Shown here piece by piece: positions 8,336 to 17,461 of a DNA stretch of 23,739 nucleotides (position 1 is the stretch's first letter; every line of letters begins with the position of its first letter). A program made the position numbers and the translations under genes. The notes under the pieces are model-generated. The model was not told where the DNA came from and ran no database searches. It saw nothing but the letters and a program-made list of their open reading frames with translations. The stretch covers positions 1-23,739 of the forward strand of contig JBAXUS010000091.1 of assembly GCA_037129555.1 (NCBI GenBank). Direction: 5' to 3'. This DNA is from Planctomycetota bacterium. GTDB taxonomy: Bacteria > Planctomycetota > SZUA-567 > H5-PLA8.

Positions 8336-9814
8336 ATGCTGCAAAGTGCCGTGACAAAATTTAGTCGAATACTTTTTCGTGTGGGCGTTGCGTTCATACT
8401 GATGCTGGCATTCGGATCGTCGTCTCTCCACGCAGCTGATGCGATGAAACCCAACATCGTTTTGATATTTATTGATGACATGGGTTACGGCGACATTGGT
8501 CCTTTCGGCTCGACGAAGAATCGCACACCGAACCTGGATCGCATGGCTGCAGGTGGTATGAAGCTCACCTCCTTTTATGCAGCGCCCGTCTGCTCCGTTT
8601 CGCGCGCACAGGTCATGACGGGGTGCTACGGTCCGCGCGTGTCGATTCCGGCCGTCTTCGGACCAGGTGGGCGAAATGGCATCAGCAAAAACGAACACAC
8701 GGTCGCCGAGTTGTTAAAGGCGCAAGGCTACGCAACGATCTGCATCGGAAAATGGCACCTTGGCGATCAGCCTGAATTCCTCCCAACGCGACATGGCTTC
8801 GACCACTATTTCGGTCTACCGTATTCGAATGACATGATGAAAAAAGCGAAGGTCAACGGCAAGTTGGTCGTGCCGTTGGTTCGCGATGAGAAGGTGATTG
8901 AACTGCTCGAAGGCGACGATCAGGATCGACTCACGGAGCGTTACACGGACGAAGCGCTGAAGTTCATCAACGAGAATAAGGAGCATCCGTTCTTCCTGTA
9001 TTTGCCGCACACGGCTGTGCATTCGCCGATTCATCCCGGCGCGAATTTCCGTGATAAATCAACGAACGGACGCTTCGGCGCGTGGGTTGAAGAAGTGGAT
9101 TGGAGTACCGGGAAAATTCTCGACACATTGCGCGATTTAAAACTCGCTGACAACACGCTGGTGCTCTTCACGAGCGATAACGGCCCGTGGCTTTCGCATG
9201 GCAAAGATGCTGGCGAAGCAGGACCCTTGCGCGGCGGAAAAGGCAGCACGTGGGAAGGCGGAATGCGCGAGCCAACACTCGCGATGTGGCCTGGAAAAAT
9301 CGCGCCGGGAAGTGTCTGTAACGCGGTCGCCGGAACGATTGATTTCCTGCCGACATTCGTCAAACTCGCAGGCGGAAGTGTGCCGACGGATAAGAAGATC
9401 GACGGCAAAGACATCGCGCCGCTGCTCTTCGGAATGTCAACAGAATCCCAGCGAGAAGCGCACTTTTATTTCCAAGGCTACAAATTGCAGGCCGTCCGCT
9501 CCGGCCCGTGGAAAATGGCTTTCGCAAACCAAAATGAAAGCATGGGACATAAAGGCGAAGCGACTGTAGCTTCGCTCGACAAACCGCGTCTTTATAATCT
9601 CGACAAAGACATCGGCGAACGCACCGATGTTGCTGCCGAAAACGCCGATGTTATCGCGCGGTTGAAACCGCTCGTCGTTAAAATGACCGCAGAGATTGGC
9701 GATGGGGCGAAGAACAGCACGGAGATTCGCCCGGCTGGCAGTGTAGAAAATCCAGTGCTGCTTTATCCCGTCGATCACGGCGAAAAAGAAGCACCGCGCA
9801 AGGCGAAAAAATAA
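8336..9814 (+). CDS. Sulfatase (formylglycine-dependent arylsulfatase family). It is secreted and has a non-canonical C-S-V-S-R active-site motif.
   Basis: PNIVLIFIDDMGYGD... start of the sulfatase domain and GKWHLG. The FGly motif region reads PVCSVSRAQVMTG: Val replaces the usual Pro in C-x-P-x-R. Signal peptide present. Confidence 0.9.
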   Translation: MLQSAVTKFSRILFRVGVAFILMLAFGSSSLHAADAMKPNIVLIFIDDMGYGDIGPFGSTKNRTPNLDRMAAGGMKLTSFYAAPVCSVSRAQVMTGCYGPRVSIPAVFGPGGRNGISKNEHTVAELLKAQGYATICIGKWHLGDQPEFLPTRHGFDHYFGLPYSNDMMKKAKVNGKLVVPLVRDEKVIELLEGDDQDRLTERYTDEALKFINENKEHPFFLYLPHTAVHSPIHPGANFRDKSTNGRFGAWVEEVDWSTGKILDTLRDLKLADNTLVLFTSDNGPWLSHGKDAGEAGPLRGGKGSTWEGGMREPTLAMWPGKIAPGSVCNAVAGTIDFLPTFVKLAGGSVPTDKKIDGKDIAPLLFGMSTESQREAHFYFQGYKLQAVRSGPWKMAFANQNESMGHKGEATVASLDKPRLYNLDKDIGERTDVAAENADVIARLKPLVVKMTAEIGDGAKNSTEIRPAGSVENPVLLYPVDHGEKEAPRKAKK

Positions 9815-9877
9815 GTCACTGTTCGTGCGACGCCAAACAAATAGCATTCGACGCTAACTTTTTGAGGTCACTCCAAC

Positions 9878-11329
9878 ATGTCAAATCGCTCGTTTCTTGC
9901 CCTTCTGTGTCTGCTTCACGTGATGACGCTTCACGCAGTTGATGCCGTAAAGCGCACGTCTCAGCCCAACATTGTTTATATCCTCGCCGACGATCTCGGC
10001 TGGATGGATCTCGCGTGTCAGGGGTCAAAATATTACGAGACGCCGAACATTGATCGGCTCGCGACGCAGGGTCTGAAACTGACGTGTTATCACAATTGCC
10101 AGAACTGCCAGCCCACGCGCGCAGCGCTGATGTCCGGACAATACGGTGCGCGCACGGGCGTGTACACAGTCGGTGGAATCGGGCGCTTCGAGTGGCAGAG
10201 CCGTCCACTGCGTCCGGCAGACAATGTCACTGAATTGCCACTCGACCGCCAGATCATCGCGCAGCAACTGAAGGCCGCTGGATACGCCACGGCGATGTTC
10301 GGAAAATGGCATCTCGGGCAGACCGGCGAACACCATCCGAGCAAACGCGGATTTGATGAAGCGATCACTACGATGGGCGTTCACTTCGATTTCAAAACGC
10401 AGCCACCGGTCGATTATCCAAAGGGAATTTACCTCGCCGACTGGCTCACCGACAAAGCTGTCGACTTCATAACACGCAAAAAGGATGTGCCGTTTTTCCT
10501 CTACTTGCCGCACTTCGGCGTCCACGCTCCGCACGAAGCCAAGAAGGAATTGATCGCCAAATTCAAACCCAAACCTGCCGCCGGCGGACACCACGATCCG
10601 GCGTATGCTGCGATGATTTACAGTGTTGATGAAAGTGTTGGGCGCGTGATGAAAACGCTCGACGAATTGGGGCTCGCCCAAAACACCGTGCTGATTTTTT
10701 CGAGCGACAACGGCGGCGTCGGAGGCTACGAACGCGAAGGTATTCAAGGCGGCAGCATCACGGATAACGCGCCGCTGCGAAATGGAAAAGGGAGTTTGTA
10801 CGAAGGCGGTATTCGCGATCCGTTCATTGTCCGTTGGCCTGGCGTGACGACCGCCGGAGCGCTCTGTGATGTGCCGTCGATTCACGTGGATATCTATCCG
10901 ACGCTGCTCGAAATCGCCGGAGCGCCGAAGCCCAAACACGTGCTCGACGGCGAGAGCCTCGTCAAACTCTTCCACGATCCAAAAGCCTCGCTGACACGCG
11001 ACGCAATATATCAGCACTTCCCAGGCTACCTCGGCGCAGGCGGAAACACGTGGCGAACCACGCCCGTCTCGCTTATTCAATCCGGCGATTGGAAACTGAT
11101 GGAATTTCTCGAAGGCCACAAACTGGAATTGTACAACCTAAAAGACGACATCGGCGAGCGCACAAATCTCGCCGAAAAGAATCCGGAGAAGACGAAAGAA
11201 TTGCAGGCTAAATTAGTCGCATGGCGCGATGCGATCAAAGCGCCGATGCCTACGCCAAACACCCACATCACGCCTCCGGGCGAACAAAAAGGCGGCAAAG
11301 GCAAGAAGAAGAAATCGGACGATGAATAA
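9878..11329 (+). CDS. Sulfatase (arylsulfatase family) with the canonical C-Q-P-T-R motif. It is secreted and has a Lys-rich C-terminal tail.
   Basis: PNIVYILADDLGWMD, CQPTRAALMSGQYG and GKWHLGQ motifs. Signal peptide present. The C-terminus is GEQKGGKGKKKKSDDE. Confidence 0.9.
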   Translation: MSNRSFLALLCLLHVMTLHAVDAVKRTSQPNIVYILADDLGWMDLACQGSKYYETPNIDRLATQGLKLTCYHNCQNCQPTRAALMSGQYGARTGVYTVGGIGRFEWQSRPLRPADNVTELPLDRQIIAQQLKAAGYATAMFGKWHLGQTGEHHPSKRGFDEAITTMGVHFDFKTQPPVDYPKGIYLADWLTDKAVDFITRKKDVPFFLYLPHFGVHAPHEAKKELIAKFKPKPAAGGHHDPAYAAMIYSVDESVGRVMKTLDELGLAQNTVLIFSSDNGGVGGYEREGIQGGSITDNAPLRNGKGSLYEGGIRDPFIVRWPGVTTAGALCDVPSIHVDIYPTLLEIAGAPKPKHVLDGESLVKLFHDPKASLTRDAIYQHFPGYLGAGGNTWRTTPVSLIQSGDWKLMEFLEGHKLELYNLKDDIGERTNLAEKNPEKTKELQAKLVAWRDAIKAPMPTPNTHITPPGEQKGGKGKKKKSDDE

Positions 11330-11380
11330 ATCAGGAGCGCGACGCTATCATTCCGAGTGCCTGCGTCATGCAAAAAACTC

Positions 11381-12706
11381 TCAATTGTTGTGAACCATTG
11401 AGTCTAATTTATTCTTCACATCCATCAAAATCACATTCCGGAAACGACCGAGTTGGAGGTAGCATTGGCGGCCTTTTTGGGAGTACGGGCCGAATTGGAT
11501 GATTTGGGCGGCGAGTTCGCGTTGAGCCGGAGTGATCAATTCGATGCGTCCAACCATCGCGCGTTTGATCGGGGCTTGCGGCAGTTCGGAGCGGATGTCG
11601 AGCGGCAGGACTTTGTCCGTCCACGCTTGCGGCACCATGAAGAAGACGCGTAAGCCTGGGGACTTGAAATAGGATTCGTCCCACGTGTTCAGCAACGCTT
11701 GCGCTTCATCGTCGAACATTCCGTCCTGCATCAACGCAGTTTTCAAATCCTGTTTTAAGCCGCCTTGTGCACCTTCTCGAGTGGCTTCATCCTTGTAATC
11801 CGTAGCGGAAAAAAGCGCAGACACGGTGCCCATGACGGCGGGTTGTTCGTTCTCTTCGAGTGCGTTTTCAGGCATCTTCAACACCTGCTTGCGCCAGGCA
11901 ATTTTGCCGGTTTCAGCGATGTCAACCAACCAGATCGCTTTGGGAATCTGATTGGTTTTGAGTGTCGTTTTCACCAGTTCTGCCTGGGGTGCGAAACTGA
12001 GTTGGTCGTTGTTGCGGAACACACGCAGCGGAGCGTCCAAGTGACCCACACCGCGGTAGAACAGATATTTGTCAGATTGAGAAATTGTTTGGGGTACGAC
12101 CTTTTGGATCGCGTTATCGTAGACGTTCGATGTGATCGTTGCAGGTTGAGCGAGGACGGAAGCGGCTTCGACTTTGCGCGGTGCGTTCCAGATTGCCGAA
12201 GGCGTTTTCGGCGGTTCGACGTTCGTTCCGATCAGGAGATTTTTCCACGTCAACGCGCCTTGCGTTTTAGAGGTAATGATCTCGTTCAATCCTTTCGCAT
12301 CAGTCGGGATTGACGTGGCGATGGGGAAGAATTGAGTCAGATAACCGCCGTTGAATTTGACCGAGACATCAACGCGTGATTCTTTGACGCCGGGCGGCAT
12401 GTGAAAATAAATGACCGGTGTTTCGAGGCGCATCGAAACATCAGGCCGGCAACGGTTCATGCCTTTAGATGTCCCGAAATTTGTGCGTGATTGCTGTTGA
12501 ACCAAATGTCCCAGCGTGTGAACGAATTGTGGCAATTCCTCCTCTTCGTTGTTGACCCCACCGAGAGAATTCCCAAATTCATCCTGCATCGACGTAAACG
12601 TGCCCCATTCATGAATGACCATCGCAGGCGGTTCGGAGGCGTGAAGGGGAACGATTGAACACAGACCAACAAAGGCCAGACATGCGACGAGAGTCATGCG
12701 AATCAT
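11381..12706 (-). CDS. Hypothetical secreted protein (441 aa), family not recognised.
   Basis: Long ORF with a clear signal peptide (MIRMTLVACLAFVGLCSIVPLHASE). No motif I can name. It is convergent with the sulfatase pair. Confidence 0.65.
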   Translation of the reverse strand: MIRMTLVACLAFVGLCSIVPLHASEPPAMVIHEWGTFTSMQDEFGNSLGGVNNEEEELPQFVHTLGHLVQQQSRTNFGTSKGMNRCRPDVSMRLETPVIYFHMPPGVKESRVDVSVKFNGGYLTQFFPIATSIPTDAKGLNEIITSKTQGALTWKNLLIGTNVEPPKTPSAIWNAPRKVEAASVLAQPATITSNVYDNAIQKVVPQTISQSDKYLFYRGVGHLDAPLRVFRNNDQLSFAPQAELVKTTLKTNQIPKAIWLVDIAETGKIAWRKQVLKMPENALEENEQPAVMGTVSALFSATDYKDEATREGAQGGLKQDLKTALMQDGMFDDEAQALLNTWDESYFKSPGLRVFFMVPQAWTDKVLPLDIRSELPQAPIKRAMVGRIELITPAQRELAAQIIQFGPYSQKGRQCYLQLGRFRNVILMDVKNKLDSMVHNN

Positions 12707-13023
12707 GATGGTGCTCCAATCGTGAAACGGGTGCGTGATGCAACCGACAATTCATTGCCAGTATACATTAACAGACGCACCATCGGGATATTCTTCACTA
12801 CCTGTGCAAGTTTGACAATTCTTTTACAATTACACTGAAAGGCAACACATCTTTGTGCGAAATTGCAGGTTCCGATTGGCTAGGCCGAGAACTCAGGTTC
12901 AGACGGCGCATAGGCAGATGGCAGACACGCATCTACTTTAGAGCTAGCGGGAAGTCAATGAGATTTAGGCGCAGGCTATGCAATGTTGTATGGCCTGCCT
13001 ACACTAATCCGTTTGTCGTGAAG

Positions 13024-16000
13024 TTACTTCCTTACGCGTCCCGAGATGGTTCCAAAATCGCTGGCGGTGTTGAGGACGAAGACGACGTCGGCTCGGTCTT
13101 CGTAGGCGACGCCGCTTAAGTTGTACGAGACTTGAATGAAGCGTGAGGCGGATTGGCCGGGGACGAGATCTTTGGCGGCAGCGTTGGTGATGCCTTCGGT
13201 GTCGAAGCCTTTGTTGGACAGTGCGCCGGTTAGCACGGTAGCGCTGAAGGTGGCGGTTTCGCCTCCGACGGCAACTTGGCCTTTGCGGATGCCGGAGAAT
13301 TTGATGGCGAGTTTTGGGAAGTAGGAATTGTTGACGGCGTGCTGCGTGTTGGCGACAGCGGTCATCTTGCCTTTTTCGTCGACCACGGTATCGATGATGA
13401 TGTTGCCGATGCCGAACGAGAATTCATTGGATTGGCTGGGATTGAAGCCGGCCGGCAGGATGAATGTTCCGACATATTTGACGGTATCGGGACTAATGCC
13501 ACCAAAGAAGAATTTACCTTCCATGCTGGTGGTGGGAATGCGGGTGCTGGATGGTTTGCCCAGCGCTCGCGGCGCACCAACTACGTTGACGACTGGCGCT
13601 TCGGTTTCGGATTGATCGATATTGATCATCTTGCGGCCGACGGCGACTTTAATGCGTGAGATTTTTTCGACCACGGTGACGGTGGCGACGAAGATGCCTT
13701 TCTGGATGAATTTGTGAACCGGCGTGAAGCCGGTGACGAGGGCGCTGCGCCCCGGAATGTCTTCGAAATCGGTGGAGGCTTCCAGTTCATTGAGGCCAGG
13801 CGTAATGTCGATTTTGAGTTGGATCACACCGCCGTTGCTGCTGATCATGGAGATGACGAGGTCGTTGATCGGATTGACGACGAAGCCGTCGTCGCCATTG
13901 ACATTGGAGACATTTTCAGTGCCGTCGGTACCCGAGTTAGGCGTGGCGAGGACGTTGATGGTGAAGGCTTTTTCGACGACGTTGTTGAGGTTGTCGGTGG
14001 TGCGGATGCGGATGGAATAGGAGGATTTGGTCGCGAAGTTGAAGACTGCGGCGGTGAGCAGTTTGTCGGTGGCGAGCGAGAAGGAAGCGTTGTCGGTATC
14101 GCCGTCGCCGGTGGCGAAGGCGTAGGTGAAGGTCTTGTTGAGACCGCTGGCGTCGAAGGTGGTGAGAGAGCCGACTTGGGTGCCGACGGGGAGTTGTTCG
14201 AGAATGGTGGAAGGACTGAGAGATGTTACGGCGGGGGTGGCGGCGTTGAGGAGGACGAGGCTGTGTGACGCACCGGCCGAAACTGCAACGGTGCCGCTGA
14301 TGGTGTCGACTTGTCCTGGGACGAGTCCAGCTGCGCCTGATTGTGAAAAGGTGTTGGTGGTCCTGCCCAATTGGGAGCTGCTATTGCCTCCCCATGACAG
14401 CACGCTTCCGCCGGATTTCACCGCTAGGCTGTGGCTGTAGCCTGCGGCAATTGAAACCGCGTTGTTCAGAAGCAAGACTTTGACTGGAACTCGACTATCT
14501 TTGGTCGTTAGATTTCCCAATTGCCCCCCGTTATTTGCGCCCCACGCCATGACGGTTCCATCCTGCAAGCGCACCAGGGAATGAAAGGTTCCCGCTGCGA
14601 TACCGACGGCGTTCGCAAGGCTTTTGACCTGGACCGGCTTGGTGCTCAGTCGGGTGCTGCCGTTGCCAAGCTGGCCGTGAGCATTGTTTCCCAGCGCCCA
14701 CACAGTTTTATCGGTTTTCAATGCGAGCAGATGCATGCCGCCTCCGGCGATGGCGGTAATGTCGGTGAGACCACTGATCTGGGTGGGAACTTGAGCGGCG
14801 ACAATATTCGTAGAATTTTTCTTCACAGTTCCAGCGACAAAGCCCCATAGCCACACACTCCCGTCACCTTTCAATGCCAGGCTGTAGCTGCCGCTAAAGC
14901 CGCCTGCCGCAATGGCGGTCACTCCAGCAAGTACGCTGACACTTTTGGGCACGTTTGAGTCGGTGTTGCCGCCGTCGCCAAGCTGAGCGTTCGAATTGCT
15001 TCCCCATGCCCACACCGTCCCATCTGATTTCAAGGCCAGACTATGGTTTACGGCGCATGCAATGGCAACCACGCCCGACAGGCTTCCAACCTGGACAGGC
15101 GAAGTGCTGTCGACCAACGTGCCATTACCCAGCTGGCCATTGCTGTTCGAGCCCCAGGCCCACACGGTCCCGTCGTTTTTTAAGGCGAGATTGTGGTTGT
15201 TGCCGCTCGCGATGGCGGTGACATTTGATAGACCGGGGACTTCGACGGCAACACTCTCGATCGATGCCCTGCCATTTCCAAACTGCCCAAAGACATCATT
15301 GCCCCACGCGTAAACCGTCCCGTCGCCTTTTACCGCGAGACTAAAAAACTCGCCGGCTGCAATGCGGGTCACGCCGGTCAGCGAGACAGTAATGGGGACG
15401 TTGCTTGATGTTTTCGTTCCGTCGCCGAGTTGTGCATTTCCATTTTCGCCGAAGGCCAGAAGTGAACCGTCGGCAGCAAGCGCGAGACTGTGGTCATAGT
15501 TGGCAGAGAGTGCCGTGACGCCGGTCAGGCTGCTGTTTTGAACGGGCGTCAGGCGGTTGATAAAATCGCCGATTCCCAGTTGCCCGTTGAGATTTTTTCC
15601 CCAGACCCAGACGGTGCCGTCGTTCTTTTTCGCGAGGCCGTGGAAGCCGCCAGCGGTGATCGATGCGATATTTGCCAATGCGCTGATGGGCACGGGAAGA
15701 TTGCTGTTGGTTGTGTTTCCATTCCCAAATTCTCCATCGCCATTAAATCCCCAAGCCACAACGGAGCCGTCGCCTTTCAACGCGAAACTATGCGCAAATC
15801 CGGCCGCAATCGCCGTCACACCAGTGAGGTTGGGGACAAGGGCGGGAAGCCTACCATCTGTCGTTGAGCCGATGCCCAACTGGCCGTACTGATTGTCGCC
15901 CCACGCCATCACCGTGCCGTCGCCCAGTAACGCGAGACTATGGTAAAATCCGGCAGATATCGCGGTGACGCCAGTGAGGGCGCTGATTTGGACGGGGACG

Positions 16001-16455
16001 GTGCTGTAATCGATCGGACCGAGGCCCAATTGTCCGTCAAATCCGGCACCCCAGGCCCAGACTGTGCCGTCGTTTTTCAAGGCGAGACTGAAGGCGAACC
16101 CGGCCGAAATCGCCGTCACATTGGTCAGCGAGATGACAGGAACGGGGACGGTGCTGGAGGTATAGGAGCCGTCTCCCAATTGGCCGGCGGAGTTGTTGCC
16201 CCACGCCCAGACGGTACCGTCATTTCTCAACGCGAGCGTGTGTTGCGCACCACCAGCAATCTTCGCGATGCCTGTGGCTATACTGGCCTGAGGGAATTTG
16301 TATTCAAAGCCGTTGCCCAACTGGCCGAACGAGTTATCACCGAAGGCCTGTACGGTGCCTTGAACGGGCTGGGCGGCGTGGAGGAGTCCTGCTGTGGCCA
16401 GAATGGCGACGAAACACATCAGTCTGTGCATGTTGATACGCGATGGAATGAACAC
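13024..16455 (-). CDS. Large secreted RCC1-repeat (regulator of chromosome condensation-like beta-propeller) protein. A cadherin-like beta-sandwich domain and an uncharacterised C-terminal region follow the repeats.
   Basis: 1143-aa ORF with a signal peptide. At least 13 tandem ~50-aa units carry the RCC1 signature (..GDNSFGQLGNG.., ..WAWGNNSAGQLGDG.., ..HSLALK.DGTVWAWG..). Further on, TYAFATGDGDTDNASFSL...YSIRIRTTDNLNNVVEKAFTINV is cadherin-like. Confidence 0.9.
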   Translation of the reverse strand: MFIPSRINMHRLMCFVAILATAGLLHAAQPVQGTVQAFGDNSFGQLGNGFEYKFPQASIATGIAKIAGGAQHTLALRNDGTVWAWGNNSAGQLGDGSYTSSTVPVPVISLTNVTAISAGFAFSLALKNDGTVWAWGAGFDGQLGLGPIDYSTVPVQISALTGVTAISAGFYHSLALLGDGTVMAWGDNQYGQLGIGSTTDGRLPALVPNLTGVTAIAAGFAHSFALKGDGSVVAWGFNGDGEFGNGNTTNSNLPVPISALANIASITAGGFHGLAKKNDGTVWVWGKNLNGQLGIGDFINRLTPVQNSSLTGVTALSANYDHSLALAADGSLLAFGENGNAQLGDGTKTSSNVPITVSLTGVTRIAAGEFFSLAVKGDGTVYAWGNDVFGQFGNGRASIESVAVEVPGLSNVTAIASGNNHNLALKNDGTVWAWGSNSNGQLGNGTLVDSTSPVQVGSLSGVVAIACAVNHSLALKSDGTVWAWGSNSNAQLGDGGNTDSNVPKSVSVLAGVTAIAAGGFSGSYSLALKGDGSVWLWGFVAGTVKKNSTNIVAAQVPTQISGLTDITAIAGGGMHLLALKTDKTVWALGNNAHGQLGNGSTRLSTKPVQVKSLANAVGIAAGTFHSLVRLQDGTVMAWGANNGGQLGNLTTKDSRVPVKVLLLNNAVSIAAGYSHSLAVKSGGSVLSWGGNSSSQLGRTTNTFSQSGAAGLVPGQVDTISGTVAVSAGASHSLVLLNAATPAVTSLSPSTILEQLPVGTQVGSLTTFDASGLNKTFTYAFATGDGDTDNASFSLATDKLLTAAVFNFATKSSYSIRIRTTDNLNNVVEKAFTINVLATPNSGTDGTENVSNVNGDDGFVVNPINDLVISMISSNGGVIQLKIDITPGLNELEASTDFEDIPGRSALVTGFTPVHKFIQKGIFVATVTVVEKISRIKVAVGRKMINIDQSETEAPVVNVVGAPRALGKPSSTRIPTTSMEGKFFFGGISPDTVKYVGTFILPAGFNPSQSNEFSFGIGNIIIDTVVDEKGKMTAVANTQHAVNNSYFPKLAIKFSGIRKGQVAVGGETATFSATVLTGALSNKGFDTEGITNAAAKDLVPGQSASRFIQVSYNLSGVAYEDRADVVFVLNTASDFGTISGRVRK

Positions 16456-16649
16456 AGGGAATCTCCGACCGGTTCGAGAACGAAAGAATGCGTTGATTCG
16501 TGCGCTTTAACGAGACATGGCTTACTGGATTTTAGGTTATGAGTTTTCTGTCGGGAAGCAACCTTAAATTGGAATGGAAGGTGGCTCTCGCAGAGGCGCA
16601 AAGACATGAAGAAAGGGCAAAAAGCGAGTGAAGAAAAATCGGAGATGTG

Positions 16650-17321
16650 CCCGTTATTTCGTATCCTAGGCTACATTATTTCGCCCCTTTGGGGCTTGAT
16701 TCTTCGATTGGGGATTGGACCCAGGGCTGAGGCCCTGGGCTATCTCATGTTGCCTCTTTGAGGCTAGTTGGGGATCATGAAATTTTGAAAAGGTTTGGAG
16801 AACTTCGAGACAGACGTAGCATAGTTCTGAACTTAAAAAGTTAACACTATCTGATCCGGATTTTTAAAAAATCGATTGAAAATGGACGAGCATTTTCGTT
16901 GTATAAGAGGGTGTTTCATTGAAATTAGCGATAGGGGTCTTATTGACATAATATAGCGTATTGGACTGATTTTGTGGGATGATGAGTGCACGATGTGATT
17001 GTGTGGGAACGGGAATTGATAAGGGGTTGGGTTTCGCAGCTACGCTGCTGGGGACGGATTCTGGGCTGCGATTCCGTGGGCTTGTTCGCTTCGCTCTCTA
17101 CGCGCACGGCTACTTGAACTTTCGCCGCTGACGCGGCTGAAGGCACAATGTGATTGTTTGGGAGCGGGGGTGGGTTGAGTGCGACGAGAACTGGTTGAGG
17201 GGTTTATCTAAAGGAACCGAGTGCCCATCTTTTTTATGTCGGCCCTTCAGGCCTCTTTTATTCACGCATCTAAACCCAGGCCTTACGGCCTGGGCTACAT
17301 TATGTCGCCCCTTCGGGGCTG
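16650..17321. repeat. Cluster of short composite dyad-symmetry repeats in a ~1-kb ORF-poor intergenic region. Each ~45-nt unit is an 8-bp-stem hairpin, then CTAnnTnAT, then a 5-bp-stem hairpin.
   Basis: Copies at about 16650-16695 (the upstream part is not a clear hairpin, so this may be a partial unit), 16720-16764 (cccagggcTGAGgccctggg + ctatctcatgttgcctctttgaggc) and 17275-17319 (cccaggccTTACggcctggg + ctacattatgtcgccccttcggggc). 16669-16695 and 17295-17321 are a near-identical 27-mer. Confidence 0.5.
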
Positions 17322-17394
17322 ATATGGCATGACGTGCGTGTGACTTCGGGGCTGTATAACCTGTCATGCGTGTGAAAGTTTTAAAAACTTGGCT

Positions 17395-17429
17395 AAAAAA
17401 GCGCCCCGGAAGGAGTGGCTCCGGGGCGC
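17395..17429 (-). terminator. Rho-independent terminator of the flotillin gene.
   Basis: Perfect 10-bp stem gcgccccgga / tccggggcgc with a 9-nt loop, 17401-17429. On the minus strand it is followed immediately by T6 (plus-strand A6 at 17395-17400). It lies 33 nt downstream of the flotillin stop at 17462. Confidence 0.65.
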
Positions 17430-17461
17430 GGTGGGGCTATTGGATTAGGACTGAGACTTGG

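Noticed and set aside
11270-11329. Lys-rich C-terminal tail (KGGKGKKKKSDDE) on the second sulfatase.
   Set aside because: It may be a genuine charged tail or membrane or cell-wall anchor, but there is nothing to test from sequence alone and such tails are common.
17110-17367. 85-aa and 68-aa minus-strand ORFs and a 60-aa plus-strand ORF inside the repeat-rich intergenic region.
   Set aside because: They are Arg/Lys/His-rich and low-complexity, have no RBS, and overlap the hairpin repeats. They are most likely spurious.
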